Source of the DNA: Flavobacterium sp. | GTDB lineage: Bacteria; Bacteroidota; Bacteroidia; Flavobacteriales; Flavobacteriaceae | NCBI GenBank assembly: GCA_016721735.1 | Contig: JADKHM010000019.1 | Span: 420,034-484,033, forward strand | Direction of reading: 5' to 3' | DNA length: 64,000 nucleotides | Shown: positions 54,222-64,000 of the stretch, one piece after another | Position numbering within the stretch: position 1 is the first letter of the stretch | Layout: each line of letters opens with the position of its first letter | The notes under the pieces: model-generated | Databases searched by the model: none | What the model was told of the DNA's origin: nothing | The model's input: only the letters and a program-made list of their open reading frames with translations | Program-made: the position numbers and the translations under genes

Positions 54222-57200
54222 TTATTTTGTAATTAATATTCTTGTTTTTATATCATCGAATTCTATTTCAAATCCGTTCTGTATTGTTGTTTCGAAAACC
54301 AATGATTCGGTTAGTGTTTCCGACTTGATATAGTTTTCGTTGGCTTTTACCGCTTTTTCTAATTCTACGTTGCTTTGTAAGTGAACTTGAATCTTGTCGG
54401 TTACTTCAAATCCGGAGTCTTTACGAATGTTTTGAATTCTGTTAACCAATTCTCTTGCGATGCCTTCCTCTTTCAATTCTGGAGAAATCGTAATATCAAG
54501 CGCAACGGTAATTCCGTTTGAATTGGCAACTAACCAACCTTCAATATCTTGCGAGGAAATCTCTACATCCTCTTGTGATAAAGTTATAGTATTTCCTGAA
54601 ACTTCAATATTCAAAACCCCTAGTGAATCCAACTGGTTGATTTGCTCTGGCGTAAAAGACTGTATCTGTTTGGAAATCAACCCCATATCTTTGCCAAAAC
54701 GAGGTCCAAGTGTCTTGAAATTAGGCTTGATTTGCTTGATTAAAATACCTGATGCATCGTCTAAAAGTTCAATTTCTTTAACGTTTACTTCTGCTTTTAT
54801 AAGGTCAGAAACCGCTTCAATTTCGTGTCTTTGATTCTCGTCAAGTATTGGTATCATTACCTTTTGCAAAGGTTGACGCACCTTGATCATTTCCTTCTTA
54901 CGAAGTGATAAAACTAACGATGAAATGGTCTGTGCTTTTTGCATTTTACTCTCTAAAGATTTATCAACAAAGTTTTCAACGTAAATCGGAAATTCGGCCA
55001 AATGTACGCTGTCAAAATTTTCTGACTTTGTCCTTTGTGTTAAGTCTCTGTAAAGTTGATCCATAAAGAACGGCGCGATTGGAGCGCTTAATTTACTGAT
55101 GGTCAAAAGGCATGAGTATAAGGTTTGGTAGGCTGCAATTTTATCTTGTGCATACTCGCCTTTCCAGAAACGACGACGGCACAAACGCACATACCAGTTG
55201 CTTAGATTTTCTTGGACAAAATCAGAAATCGCACGAGCTGCTTTTGTAGGTTCGTAATCGGCGTAGTAACTGTCAACATCTTTGATTAAAGTATTTAATT
55301 CAGAGATGATCCAGCGATCAATTTCTGGTCGGTCTTGTAATGGAATTTCCGCCTCTTCATTTTTAAAATTATCGATGTTTGCATAAAGTGCAAAAAACGA
55401 ATAAGTATTGTAAAGCGTTCCGAAGAATTTTCGTCGCACCTCAGCAATTCCTTCTATATCGAACTTTAAGTTGTCCCACGGATTTGCGTTAGATATCATA
55501 TACCAGCGCGTTGCATCTGGACCGTATTCTGACAATGTTGTGAATGGATCGACTGCATTGCCCAAACGCTTGGACATTTTTTGTCCGTTTTTGTCTAATA
55601 CCAAACCATTGGACACTACATTTTTGTAAGCAATTTTATCAAAAACCAAGGTTCCGATGGCGTGTAATGTATAAAACCAACCACGAGTTTGATCAACACC
55701 TTCCGCAATAAAATCGGCTGGAAAGTCTTGATTTTGATCGATTTTTTCTTTGTTTTCAAATGGATAATGCCACTGTGCATAAGGCATCGCGCCCGAATCA
55801 AACCAAACATCAATTAAGTCGGCTTCGCGCTTCATTGGTTTTCCAGAATTGGACACCAACACAATTTCATCGACTACATTCTTGTGCAAATCGATTAAAT
55901 CATAATTGCTCTCTGTCATGTTGCCGACTTCAAAACCTTTGAACGGGTTTGTTGCTTGAACTCCGGCTCCAATTGACTTTTCAATTTCTTTGTATAATTC
56001 TTCTACCGAACCTACTAAAATCTCTTCGGTTCCGTCTTCTGTTCTCCAGATCGGCAGTGGAATTCCCCAATAGCGAGAACGCGACAAATTCCAATCATTG
56101 GCGTTTTTCAACCAATTTCCAAAACGTCCTTCACCGGTGGCTTTTGGCTTCCAGTTGATGGTTTCGTTAAGATCGAACATGCGGTCTCTAACTTCGGTTA
56201 CTTTAATAAACCAAGAATCGAGTGGGTAATATAAAATTGGCGTGTCAGTTCTCCAACAATGCGGATAACTGTGCACGTATTTTTCTACTTTGAAGGCTTT
56301 GTTTTCTTCTTTTAATTGGATCGCTATTTCAACATCTATCGAACGTTCTGGTGCCTCACCATCGGTATAGTATTCGTTTTTGACATATTTCCCAGCGTAT
56401 TCGCCCATATGTGACGTGAATTTCCCTTGTAAATTGACCAATGGTACGGGATTGCCGTTTTCGTCTAACACCAACATTGGCGGCACTTCTGGAACCGCTT
56501 CTTTAGCTACTTTGGCGTCATCCGCTCCGAAAGTTGGCGCAGTATGCACGATTCCGGTTCCGTCTTCAGTGGTTACGAAATCTCCTGAGATAACGCGGAA
56601 TGCATTCTCGGGATTTTGATATGGCAATACGAATGGCAACAATTGTTCATATCGAATTCCAACTAGATCCAAACCTTTGCATTCGGCTAGAATTTGATAA
56701 GGGATTTTCTTGTCGCCTTCTTTGAAATTTTCAAAATCATGCGGTTCGTTGCTTTCGAAGAACATTTTTCCGAATTGTTTTCCGACTAAGTTTTTAGCCA
56801 AAATCACATGGACTGGGCGGAAAGTATATTGATTAAAAGTACTTACAACTACATAATCGATTTTTGGACCAACGGTTAATGCCGTGTTGGAAGGCAACGT
56901 CCAAGGCGTCGTCGTCCAAGCAAGAATGTGAATGTCGCCATAGCTTTTTAAGAAGTCTGGCAACGAATCGGTTTTGGCTTTGAATTGTGCCACGACAGTT
57001 GTGTCTGTTACATCTCGGTAGCTTCCAGGTTGATTGACTTCATGTGAACTCAATCCAGTTCCTGCTTTTGGAGAATACGGTTGAATGGTGTAGCCCTTGT
57101 ACATCAAATCTTTGTCGTAGATTTGTTTTAAGAGCCACCAAACACTTTCCATATATTTGGATTTGTAAGTCACGTATGGATCTTCCATGTCAACCCAATA

Positions 57201-57623
57201 GCCCATTTTTTCCGTTAAGTCGTTCCACACGTCGGTGTAACGCATTACCGTTCTTTTGCACGCTTCGTTATATTCTTCGATGGAAATTTTCTTTCCGATG
57301 TCTTCTTTGGTAATTCCTAATTCTTTTTCGGTTCCGAGTTCAACTGGCAAACCGTGCGTATCCCAACCTGCTTTTCTTTTGACTTGAAAGCCTTTTTGGG
57401 TTTTGTAACGGCAAAAAATATCTTTGATGGCACGCGCCATTACGTGATGAATTCCTGGCAAGCCATTAGCAGAAGGTGGCCCTTCGAAAAAGACGAATGG
57501 GGCATTGCCTTCGCGTGTCGAAATGCTCTTTTCGAATATGGTTTCTTTTTTCCAAAAATCAAGAACTTCTGAGGCGACTGTGGGCAAGTCAAGTCCTTTG
57601 TATTCAGTAAATTTAGTGCTCAT
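54222..57623 (-). CDS. ileS: Isoleucine--tRNA ligase (long type 2 form)
   Basis: 1133 aa with PPSANGLPGIHH (HIGH) and KMSKRLGN (KMSKS). Confidence 0.97.
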   Translation of the reverse strand: MSTKFTEYKGLDLPTVASEVLDFWKKETIFEKSISTREGNAPFVFFEGPPSANGLPGIHHVMARAIKDIFCRYKTQKGFQVKRKAGWDTHGLPVELGTEKELGITKEDIGKKISIEEYNEACKRTVMRYTDVWNDLTEKMGYWVDMEDPYVTYKSKYMESVWWLLKQIYDKDLMYKGYTIQPYSPKAGTGLSSHEVNQPGSYRDVTDTTVVAQFKAKTDSLPDFLKSYGDIHILAWTTTPWTLPSNTALTVGPKIDYVVVSTFNQYTFRPVHVILAKNLVGKQFGKMFFESNEPHDFENFKEGDKKIPYQILAECKGLDLVGIRYEQLLPFVLPYQNPENAFRVISGDFVTTEDGTGIVHTAPTFGADDAKVAKEAVPEVPPMLVLDENGNPVPLVNLQGKFTSHMGEYAGKYVKNEYYTDGEAPERSIDVEIAIQLKEENKAFKVEKYVHSYPHCWRTDTPILYYPLDSWFIKVTEVRDRMFDLNETINWKPKATGEGRFGNWLKNANDWNLSRSRYWGIPLPIWRTEDGTEEILVGSVEELYKEIEKSIGAGVQATNPFKGFEVGNMTESNYDLIDLHKNVVDEIVLVSNSGKPMKREADLIDVWFDSGAMPYAQWHYPFENKEKIDQNQDFPADFIAEGVDQTRGWFYTLHAIGTLVFDKIAYKNVVSNGLVLDKNGQKMSKRLGNAVDPFTTLSEYGPDATRWYMISNANPWDNLKFDIEGIAEVRRKFFGTLYNTYSFFALYANIDNFKNEEAEIPLQDRPEIDRWIISELNTLIKDVDSYYADYEPTKAARAISDFVQENLSNWYVRLCRRRFWKGEYAQDKIAAYQTLYSCLLTISKLSAPIAPFFMDQLYRDLTQRTKSENFDSVHLAEFPIYVENFVDKSLESKMQKAQTISSLVLSLRKKEMIKVRQPLQKVMIPILDENQRHEIEAVSDLIKAEVNVKEIELLDDASGILIKQIKPNFKTLGPRFGKDMGLISKQIQSFTPEQINQLDSLGVLNIEVSGNTITLSQEDVEISSQDIEGWLVANSNGITVALDITISPELKEEGIARELVNRIQNIRKDSGFEVTDKIQVHLQSNVELEKAVKANENYIKSETLTESLVFETTIQNGFEIEFDDIKTRILITK

Positions 57624-57697
57624 AATATCCTTTTCTAAAATCGAGATGCGAAAGTAATAAATTGTTGTGAGTTATAAGATGTTAGACGAGAGTTTTT

Positions 57698-57786
57698 GCG
57701 TGAGCGGTTGCAGCGGCATCCTTTTTTGAGGCACGAAAAAAAGATAGAGCGAAAGACGCGACCAGCCCTTTTCGGCTGGGCACGCC
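57698..57786 (+). repeat. GC-rich structured intergenic repeat, diverged copy C
   Basis: Shares GGCATCC-T-rich stem-AAAAAGATA-AG-GAA with copies A and B. It has its own helices GCGTG/CACGC (57698-702 / 57781-85) and CCAGCC/GGCTGG (57762-67 / 57774-79). Confidence 0.65.
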
Positions 57787-57793
57787 CAAATTA

Positions 57794-58507
57794 TTAAGAA
57801 AAAACTTCTTTCAAAACCTCGAGCGACTTTGGTTTTTTAAATCCATCAAGATGCATACTATAATAATCGATTAGGATTCTCAGTACAATTTGGCGCTCGG
57901 AGACATGAAATGTTTTTTGATTGTTATCAAATTCGAGATCAATCAATTTTTTAAAAAGTTGTGATTCGTGTTCGTTGATTGAGGTCAAGCTATGTAATGG
58001 TGTAAAAACACCATCTTTCATTTCAAAAAAGGGAAATTGAATCTCCGAATTATCTGGGTAGAATCCCAAAAACTTTGTGATTTCGAGAAGGAAAATTAAG
58101 TGAAAATTGGCCATTTCATCGTGATGGTCAAACCATTGCAACGCAGATTCTATAAAGTGAAAAAGTGGTTCATTTTTTTCTTCTTCATGAATGGAATGGT
58201 GCAACATTTCTGAGAGAAATAATGTCATGGTGCTTTTGACCACATCGGAATGAATGGTTTGAAAAGGGCTGTTGATCTTAATTTCTTTGAATTGTTCTAA
58301 CGTGCCTTTGTTTTTGTGAATTGCCTCGATTTCGATCAAAGTTAGCGGTTGGAAATACGCTATTTTTTGATTTCCTTTTCGAGCTGAGAAGGCATCGCGA
58401 ACAAAATAAGACTTCAATCCATCGGACAAGGTAAAACATTTTACAATCAAACTTTTTTCTTGAAATTTGAGGGAAGAAATGACGATTGCTTTGGTTTTGA
58501 CTAACAT
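57794..58507 (-). CDS. recO: DNA repair protein RecO
   Basis: 237 aa. The N-terminal OB-fold pattern MLVKTKAIVISSLKFQEKSLIVKCFT is typical of RecO. Confidence 0.85.
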   Translation of the reverse strand: MLVKTKAIVISSLKFQEKSLIVKCFTLSDGLKSYFVRDAFSARKGNQKIAYFQPLTLIEIEAIHKNKGTLEQFKEIKINSPFQTIHSDVVKSTMTLFLSEMLHHSIHEEEKNEPLFHFIESALQWFDHHDEMANFHLIFLLEITKFLGFYPDNSEIQFPFFEMKDGVFTPLHSLTSINEHESQLFKKLIDLEFDNNQKTFHVSERQIVLRILIDYYSMHLDGFKKPKSLEVLKEVFS

Positions 58508-58562
58508 GGTAAGTGTTCGCTAGTTGGTTTGGAACCCTTAAATAATAACCTCCTGCTTTTTT

Positions 58563-60866
58563 TTAACGAATTATCATCACTTTTTTGACCTTTGTTTCTG
58601 CGCCATCTTGCGATGAAATAAAAATCATATAAACTCCGGAGGCCACTTTATACTTCCCAAAAGCAGTTGTGTCCCATTCGATAGTTCCGCCTTCGGCAAT
58701 GGCTTCGTGTACTAAATTACCCTCGATATCCGATATTTTTACATTGGCCTTATCTAACAGACCACTTATTTTTACCGTGCCAGTAAATTCAGGGCGCACA
58801 GGATTAGGATAAACATAAACATTGCTTAAGTCACCTTGTGCAGTTGTTGAAGTACCTTTGAAAGAAACCAATCCTTTACTAGTCGCAAAAAAGACTTCTC
58901 CTGTTGTTCCGTTGATATCAATGTCATTGATTGTATTGCTTGGTAGCGGAGAATTGCTAGTCGTAAAGTGATGAATGGTTTTTTGCCCATCTGAAGAGAC
59001 ATAAAAAACGCCTGAATCGATGGTTCCAATCCATTTGTTATTGGCGCCATCCACAAAAATATCAGAGATCGATTGTTCATAGAGTAATTCTTGCGCCAAA
59101 TTATCTTCAATAATAATAATTGGATTCGTTCGTAGCGTTTCGTCGGAGCCAAAACTATCTACATTAGAAAGTACGCGCAGTCCAGCTAGCGTACCAATCC
59201 ATAATTGATTTCGATTATCAACAGCGACAGCCCTTGCATCAAAAGACGGTAGATTTCCTCCTTCTGAGGCGTTGCTAATGACTCTAAAACGGTTGTTGAG
59301 CGATTCATTAAATCCGATCACACCATCTCGCCATGTTCCCATCCATTTGGTGCCGTTCTTATCAATAACCATTCGTCCGAACCGAAGTTTGCCAAGAACT
59401 GCATATACATTTTGCATATCATATGATTGCCACTGCCCACTTGATTTTAAAACTTTTAGTCCTTTCCTTACCACACTATTGGTAACCCATAAATTTCCGG
59501 TTTTGTCAAAAGCAGCGCCATTAATTCTAACATCGTCCGGAACTTGTCCAACGATTGTCTGTAGTCCATCTGATCCTGTATTGGTTGTGTTATAGAGTGT
59601 TGTAACCTGATCATTTTCTACCTTCAACAAACCTGAATAATAGGAACTAAAAAAAACTTGATTTTCATTATTAGGATTGACGGTTATTCTTGAAAGCGCT
59701 TTTGCTTCTGAAAGGTCACTATAGGGAATATTGAGCCAACCGTTTTTATTGAATTTACTGATCCCAAATTTAGACAATCCATTTGGCGTAAAGGCGTATG
59801 GATTATAATCGAGATCATAACCTCCAAAAACAGCCCAGAGATTTGAGGAAGATGCATCTATAGCAAAAACGTCATTGCGAAAAGGTCCTGCCGGAGTTTT
59901 GTTTTCAATATTTGAATCCGTTAAACCCTTGCTGAAAATTCCGTTTTCTGTTGTTCCGAAGAAAACAATATTATTGATCATGGTTGCGCATGTAAATTCA
60001 ACGGTTAAATCTTGAATTTGAGTGCTTGAAATATCAGCAATTTGGCTTATTGCGTCGTTATAAACGTAGACGTGGTTCTTAGTTGTCACTAATAAATAAG
60101 AGCCATTACTTCGCAGATCATTTACGGCTTCGGTTAGTTGCACGACTGGCGTAAATGTCGTTCCATTAAATTTTTGCAAACTTCCTGCACTTGTAGTTGC
60201 CACAAGGTTATTCCCGATTTTTTCAACACCGCTCCATCCAAAATCAGCAACAGTGTACCATTGGTTAAAATCATTGAGGAAAGGGCTGGTAATTTCTGCC
60301 GCTAAGACACCGTTGTTTTTCGAGGCTGCATAAATGAACCCATTGAACAACGCGGTTTGCGAAATACTAATTTGAGAGCCGTTAGGTCCAATAAAAAAAG
60401 TGTCTCCAAATTGCAAAGTGTTTAAGTTGTATTGTACAATTCCGAAGTCACAAGAAACGTAAATCATCCCATTGTCGTCCATAAAATGATTTACTTTTTT
60501 TACATTTTGCGGGATTGCTTTATTGATAATATCTACAACATTTAGAATTGATCCGTCTGCTTGATTGTAAACGATTATTAGTCCATTTTCGTAGCCAATT
60601 ATCGTTTTCTTTAAAGATGGACTGTCATATATTGCGGTAATTGTTAATCCTGAAAGGCCATCAATGGTATTAATCGTTTTAAGATCTCCCGAAATTACAT
60701 CTTGTGAAAAAATCGCATTTTCAGTTGCAGCAAAAATCTTGGTTTGATCCTGTGAAATGTCATTTATGTGCGAATAGGAAAAGTAACCTTTCCATAATTT
60801 GTTGTTTTGTGAAAGACAAAAATGAGATGCAAAAAACGTAATGAGAGTTAAGAAAAATATTTTCAT
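58563..60866 (-). CDS. Double beta-propeller protein with a T9SS type A C-terminal domain, PorZ-like
   Basis: Signal peptide MKIFFLTLITFFASHFCLSQ (start moved to ATG 60866). Repeated propeller blades, then a CTD ending ...GVYMIFISSQDGAETKVKKVMIIR. The PorZ assignment rests on size and architecture only. Confidence 0.55.
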   Translation of the reverse strand: MKIFFLTLITFFASHFCLSQNNKLWKGYFSYSHINDISQDQTKIFAATENAIFSQDVISGDLKTINTIDGLSGLTITAIYDSPSLKKTIIGYENGLIIVYNQADGSILNVVDIINKAIPQNVKKVNHFMDDNGMIYVSCDFGIVQYNLNTLQFGDTFFIGPNGSQISISQTALFNGFIYAASKNNGVLAAEITSPFLNDFNQWYTVADFGWSGVEKIGNNLVATTSAGSLQKFNGTTFTPVVQLTEAVNDLRSNGSYLLVTTKNHVYVYNDAISQIADISSTQIQDLTVEFTCATMINNIVFFGTTENGIFSKGLTDSNIENKTPAGPFRNDVFAIDASSSNLWAVFGGYDLDYNPYAFTPNGLSKFGISKFNKNGWLNIPYSDLSEAKALSRITVNPNNENQVFFSSYYSGLLKVENDQVTTLYNTTNTGSDGLQTIVGQVPDDVRINGAAFDKTGNLWVTNSVVRKGLKVLKSSGQWQSYDMQNVYAVLGKLRFGRMVIDKNGTKWMGTWRDGVIGFNESLNNRFRVISNASEGGNLPSFDARAVAVDNRNQLWIGTLAGLRVLSNVDSFGSDETLRTNPIIIIEDNLAQELLYEQSISDIFVDGANNKWIGTIDSGVFYVSSDGQKTIHHFTTSNSPLPSNTINDIDINGTTGEVFFATSKGLVSFKGTSTTAQGDLSNVYVYPNPVRPEFTGTVKISGLLDKANVKISDIEGNLVHEAIAEGGTIEWDTTAFGKYKVASGVYMIFISSQDGAETKVKKVMIIR

Positions 60867-60936
60867 TAAAAAAGGTCTAGATTGAACACAAATATAGTAC
60901 AAAACGAAAAAAATCTACTTTTAATATTTGAACAAA

Positions 60937-60977
60937 TAAAAAAGCCTTTAAACTAAGATAGCTAAAGGCTTTTTTTA
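60937..60977 (-). terminator. Intrinsic terminator after gdhA
   Basis: Stem AAGCCTTTA/TAAAGGCTT flanked by A and T runs. Confidence 0.8.
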
Positions 60978-60993
60978 CTTTATAGGTCGAAAA

Positions 60994-62337
60994 TTATACG
61001 ACTCCTTGTCCGAGCATGGCATCGGCAACTTTTACAAAACCAGCAATATTTGCTCCTTTTACATAATCTACGTATCCATTTCCATCCGAACCGTACTGAA
61101 CGCATGAACTATGAATGTTTAGCATAATATTTTTTAGTCGCTCATCCACTTCTTCAGAGGTCCAACTCAATCGCAAAGAGTTTTGAGACATTTCTAATCC
61201 TGAAGTTGCAACACCTCCGGCATTAGAAGCTTTTCCTGGTGCGAATAATATTTTTGCTTTTTGGAATACTTCTACCGCTTCTGGTGTAGAAGGCATGTTA
61301 GCTCCTTCAGCTACACAAATACATCCGTTAGCCACTAGGGTTTTTGCTTCTTCTTCGTTTAATTCGTTTTGAGTTGCACAAGGCAAAGCTACGTCGCATT
61401 TTACCTCCCAAGGTCTTTTTCCTGCAACATACTTTGCATTAGGATATTTCTTTAAGTAATCACTAATTCTGCCGTAGTTTACGTTTTTGATGTCCATAAC
61501 ATAAGCCAATTTTTCAGCATCGATCCCGTCTGCGTCGTATATATAACCAGCTGAATCCGACATAGTTACCACTTTACCTCCAAGTTGTGTTGCTTTTTCA
61601 GCGGCATATTGAGCTACATTTCCCGAACCAGAGATCACTACTGTTTTCCCTTTGAAACTGTCACCTTTTGTTGCTAACATACTTTGTGCAAAGTATACAT
61701 CACCATATCCTGTAGCTTCTGGACGAATTAAAGATCCTCCAAAAGAGATTCCTTTACCTGTCAAAACTCCTGTGAATTCATTTCTCAATTTTTTATATTG
61801 ACCGAACATATAACCCACTTCTCTACCTCCAACCCCAATATCCCCAGCAGGAACATCGGTATCAGCACCAATATGTTTTGATAATTCAGTCATAAATGCT
61901 TGACAAAAACGCATTATTTCGATGTCAGATTTTCCTTTTGGATCAAAATCAGCTCCTCCTTTTCCACCACCCATCGGTAATGTAGTCAAACTGTTTTTGA
62001 AGGTTTGTTCAAATGCTAAGAATTTCAAAATGCTCAGATTTACAGAAGGATGAAAACGAATTCCTCCTTTATAAGGGCCAATTGCTGAGTTCATTTGAAT
62101 TCTGTAACCTCTGTTTACTTGTGTTGTCCCAGAATCATCAATCCAAGTTACACGGAACATAATGACACGCTCTGCTTCAACCATTCTTTCTAAAAGCATT
62201 TTGTTCTGGTACTTTTTGTTTTCTTCAATAAAAGGGATGACAGTTTCAGCAACTTCCTTTACAGCCTGCATAAATTCAGGTTCGTTTGGATTTCTTTTTG
62301 AAACTGTTTCAATAAAAGTTGTAATACTTTGTGACAT
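60994..62337 (-). CDS. gdhA: NADP-specific glutamate dehydrogenase
   Basis: 447 aa with PMGGGKGG, the GSGNVAQY dinucleotide fold and EGANMP. Confidence 0.95.
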   Translation of the reverse strand: MSQSITTFIETVSKRNPNEPEFMQAVKEVAETVIPFIEENKKYQNKMLLERMVEAERVIMFRVTWIDDSGTTQVNRGYRIQMNSAIGPYKGGIRFHPSVNLSILKFLAFEQTFKNSLTTLPMGGGKGGADFDPKGKSDIEIMRFCQAFMTELSKHIGADTDVPAGDIGVGGREVGYMFGQYKKLRNEFTGVLTGKGISFGGSLIRPEATGYGDVYFAQSMLATKGDSFKGKTVVISGSGNVAQYAAEKATQLGGKVVTMSDSAGYIYDADGIDAEKLAYVMDIKNVNYGRISDYLKKYPNAKYVAGKRPWEVKCDVALPCATQNELNEEEAKTLVANGCICVAEGANMPSTPEAVEVFQKAKILFAPGKASNAGGVATSGLEMSQNSLRLSWTSEEVDERLKNIMLNIHSSCVQYGSDGNGYVDYVKGANIAGFVKVADAMLGQGVV

Positions 62338-62385
62338 GATTTATAGATTAATAGCGTTTAAGAAAACGTTTTCGTTAATTGGCGA

Positions 62386-62393
62386 CAAATATA
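62386..62393 (-). promoter_or_regulatory. Candidate -7 box TATATTTG for gdhA
   Basis: Reverse complement of caaatata, 49 nt upstream of ATG 62337. Confidence 0.4.
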
Positions 62394-62567
62394 CATTTTT
62401 ATCAAAATATGTATAAACTTTTTTTTATTAAATGAAATCTTAGAATTCACGGCCCGTTTTGGTCTAGAAATACCAATACTTCTATTGGACTTGAAACAAA
62501 ATTGTATCTTTTACGTTAATAAGAATGTATTTTTTTTATTTTATTTTAGAAGTGAATGATGTTTTTA

Positions 62568-62575
62568 TATATTTG
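62568..62575 (+). promoter_or_regulatory. Candidate -7 box TATATTTG for the 62597 ORF
   Basis: Exact TAnnTTTG match, 22 nt upstream of ATG 62597. This argues against the track's 62525 start. Confidence 0.4.
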
Positions 62576-62596
62576 TCGAGAATTGAATTAATCTAT

Positions 62597-63385
62597 ATGC
62601 AAATGCCCAAGTATTTTATCCTAATCTTCTTGTTTATATTTGGTTACTCCACTAAGACAATCGCTCAATTTGGCTTTTCTCATGAAGTTGGTGTAATTGC
62701 TGGCCCTGTAGCATTCCAATCAGATTATGGTGAAAGACATAATTATGACACTAATTTTGGAAATACTGGTTATGGAATTGGCCTTATTCACTATCTCAAC
62801 TTTTCGTACAAAGCAGATTGTAATTGCTACACTCCTGAAACTTATTTTAATGACCATTTCAAGTTAAGAAGCGAATTATCATACAACAAAACCAATCTCA
62901 GACATTACGGAGAATATGTTGCCGGTGATAAAAAGAAAGATTTTAATCGCCAATTAAGAGGTATGAGAGGTAGTACAGCAGTAACAAACATCGGAATGCA
63001 ATTGGAATATTTCCCATTAAGTATTCGCGATTTTACTTCAACCGTTGGGTCCTTAGCGCCTTTTGTAAGTTTGGGAGGTCAGTTCAGTTTTTATGATCCA
63101 GAGGCTTATTCTACCCTTGGTAGATTAGATGCGGCCGGTACATTACCAATAAAATATATTGGCGCAACACAAAATAGCAGTGGTACGGTTTGGTCTGTTG
63201 TAGGTAGCGTTGGAACAAGATATAAGTTGGCTCCATTAAGTGATTTAATGGTCGATTTTAGATTACAATACTATTTTTCCAATTGGGTAGATGGACTTAA
63301 TCCAAACCCTAGCAGATATCCGGAAAACAAAGCAAACGATTGGTTGGTTTGGTTCAACGTAGGTTATATTTATTATATTCAATAA
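62597..63385 (+). CDS. Putative outer-membrane beta-barrel protein
   Basis: Signal peptide MQMPKYFILIFLFIFGYSTKTIAQ, alternating beta-strand pattern and an aromatic-rich C-terminal strand (WFNVGYIYYIQ). Confidence 0.5.
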   Translation: MQMPKYFILIFLFIFGYSTKTIAQFGFSHEVGVIAGPVAFQSDYGERHNYDTNFGNTGYGIGLIHYLNFSYKADCNCYTPETYFNDHFKLRSELSYNKTNLRHYGEYVAGDKKKDFNRQLRGMRGSTAVTNIGMQLEYFPLSIRDFTSTVGSLAPFVSLGGQFSFYDPEAYSTLGRLDAAGTLPIKYIGATQNSSGTVWSVVGSVGTRYKLAPLSDLMVDFRLQYYFSNWVDGLNPNPSRYPENKANDWLVWFNVGYIYYIQ

Positions 63386-63408
63386 GAATTTAGAAAAGAC
63401 ATAAAAAT

Positions 63409-63441
63409 AAAAAAGCCCAATTCTGTAATTGGGCTTTTTTA
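63409..63441. terminator. Bidirectional terminator between the OMP gene and the Cys/Met PLP enzyme gene
   Basis: Stem AAGCCCAATT-ctgt-AATTGGGCTT flanked by A and T runs. Confidence 0.85.
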
Positions 63442-63445
63442 TTTG

Positions 63446-64000
63446 CTATTCCTGAGCTAGCGCTTGTTCTAAGTCGGCAATCAAATCTTCCGCATCTTCA
63501 ATTCCAACGCTTAAACGAACTAAATCATCTGTAATTCCAATCTCTTTCCTTTTGTCTTCGGGAATTGAAGCATGTGTCATTAATGCTGGATGATTCGCCA
63601 ATGATTCTACACCACCTAGAGATTCTGCCAAGGTGAAAACTTGTACTTTTTCTAAAAAGGCAATGGCATCTTTTTTTAAGCCCGAAGTGAATGTAAAGGA
63701 AACCATTCCGCCAAATCCACTCATTTGCTTCTTCGCAATTTCATGATGCGGATGACTGGCTAATCCCGGATAATATACTGTTTTTATTTTGGGATGATTG
63801 TTTAAGAAGGCAACGACTTTCTCTCCGTTCTCACAATGTCTTTGTACTCTTAAATGTAATGTTTTAATGCCTCTCAACACCAAAAAACTATCCATCGGTC
63901 CCAAAGTGGCGCCCGTCGCAAATTGTTGAAAATGCAATTGTTCGCCAAGCGCTGCGTCTTTCACAATCAAAGCACCGGCAATAACATCCGAGTGGCCACC
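63446..64000 (-). CDS. Cys/Met-metabolism PLP-dependent enzyme (cystathionine beta-lyase/gamma-synthase family). C-terminal part only; the N-terminus lies beyond the window end.
   Basis: The frame is open to position 64000. GPMDSFLVLRGIKTLHLRVQRH...YPGLASHPHHEIAKKQM.GFGGMVSF...ESLGGVESL is typical of the family. Confidence 0.85.
   Translation of the reverse strand, partial: GGHSDVIAGALIVKDAALGEQLHFQQFATGATLGPMDSFLVLRGIKTLHLRVQRHCENGEKVVAFLNNHPKIKTVYYPGLASHPHHEIAKKQMSGFGGMVSFTFTSGLKKDAIAFLEKVQVFTLAESLGGVESLANHPALMTHASIPEDKRKEIGITDDLVRLSVGIEDAEDLIADLEQALAQE

Overview
AT-rich window (mid-30s % GC by eye) that reads as a core chromosomal region of a Flavobacteriaceae-type Bacteroidota genome. 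Supporting signs are T9SS C-terminal sorting domains, TAnnTTTG -7 promoter boxes, few Shine-Dalgarno sites and a Bacteroidetes-type sdhCAB. About 50 CDS are tightly packed, mostly on the minus strand, and nearly all are recognisable housekeeping genes: glyQS, sdhCAB, pepP, kbl, sodA, purF, purN, rnhA, acpP-fabF-rnc, pyk, dinB, pgi, kynA, hppD, hmgA, uvrC, lspA, ileS, recO, gdhA and an AddAB-like helicase/nuclease pair. I found no rRNA, tRNA, CRISPR array, prophage, integrase or intact IS, and no convincing multi-gene defence or novel protein system. The unexplained signal is mostly non-coding or at the level of gene lesions. (1) A GC-rich structured intergenic repeat family has three same-orientation copies, each abutting a stop codon, with stems kept while loops diverge. 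(2) A tandemly duplicated, roughly 67-nt near-identical element carrying an intrinsic-terminator hairpin lies between sodA and purF and may be an sRNA pair. (3) A ComF-family gene is split by a 1-nt frameshift exactly at a T-AAA-AAG slippery-like site. (4) An IPExxxVDY-family gene carries one in-frame TGA. (5) A partial response regulator has Glu at the phospho-acceptor position. It sits beside 21-bp-phased GTTAA direct repeats and an orphan transposase-derived N-terminal-domain gene. All product calls come from reading motifs in the supplied translations; no database search was run.
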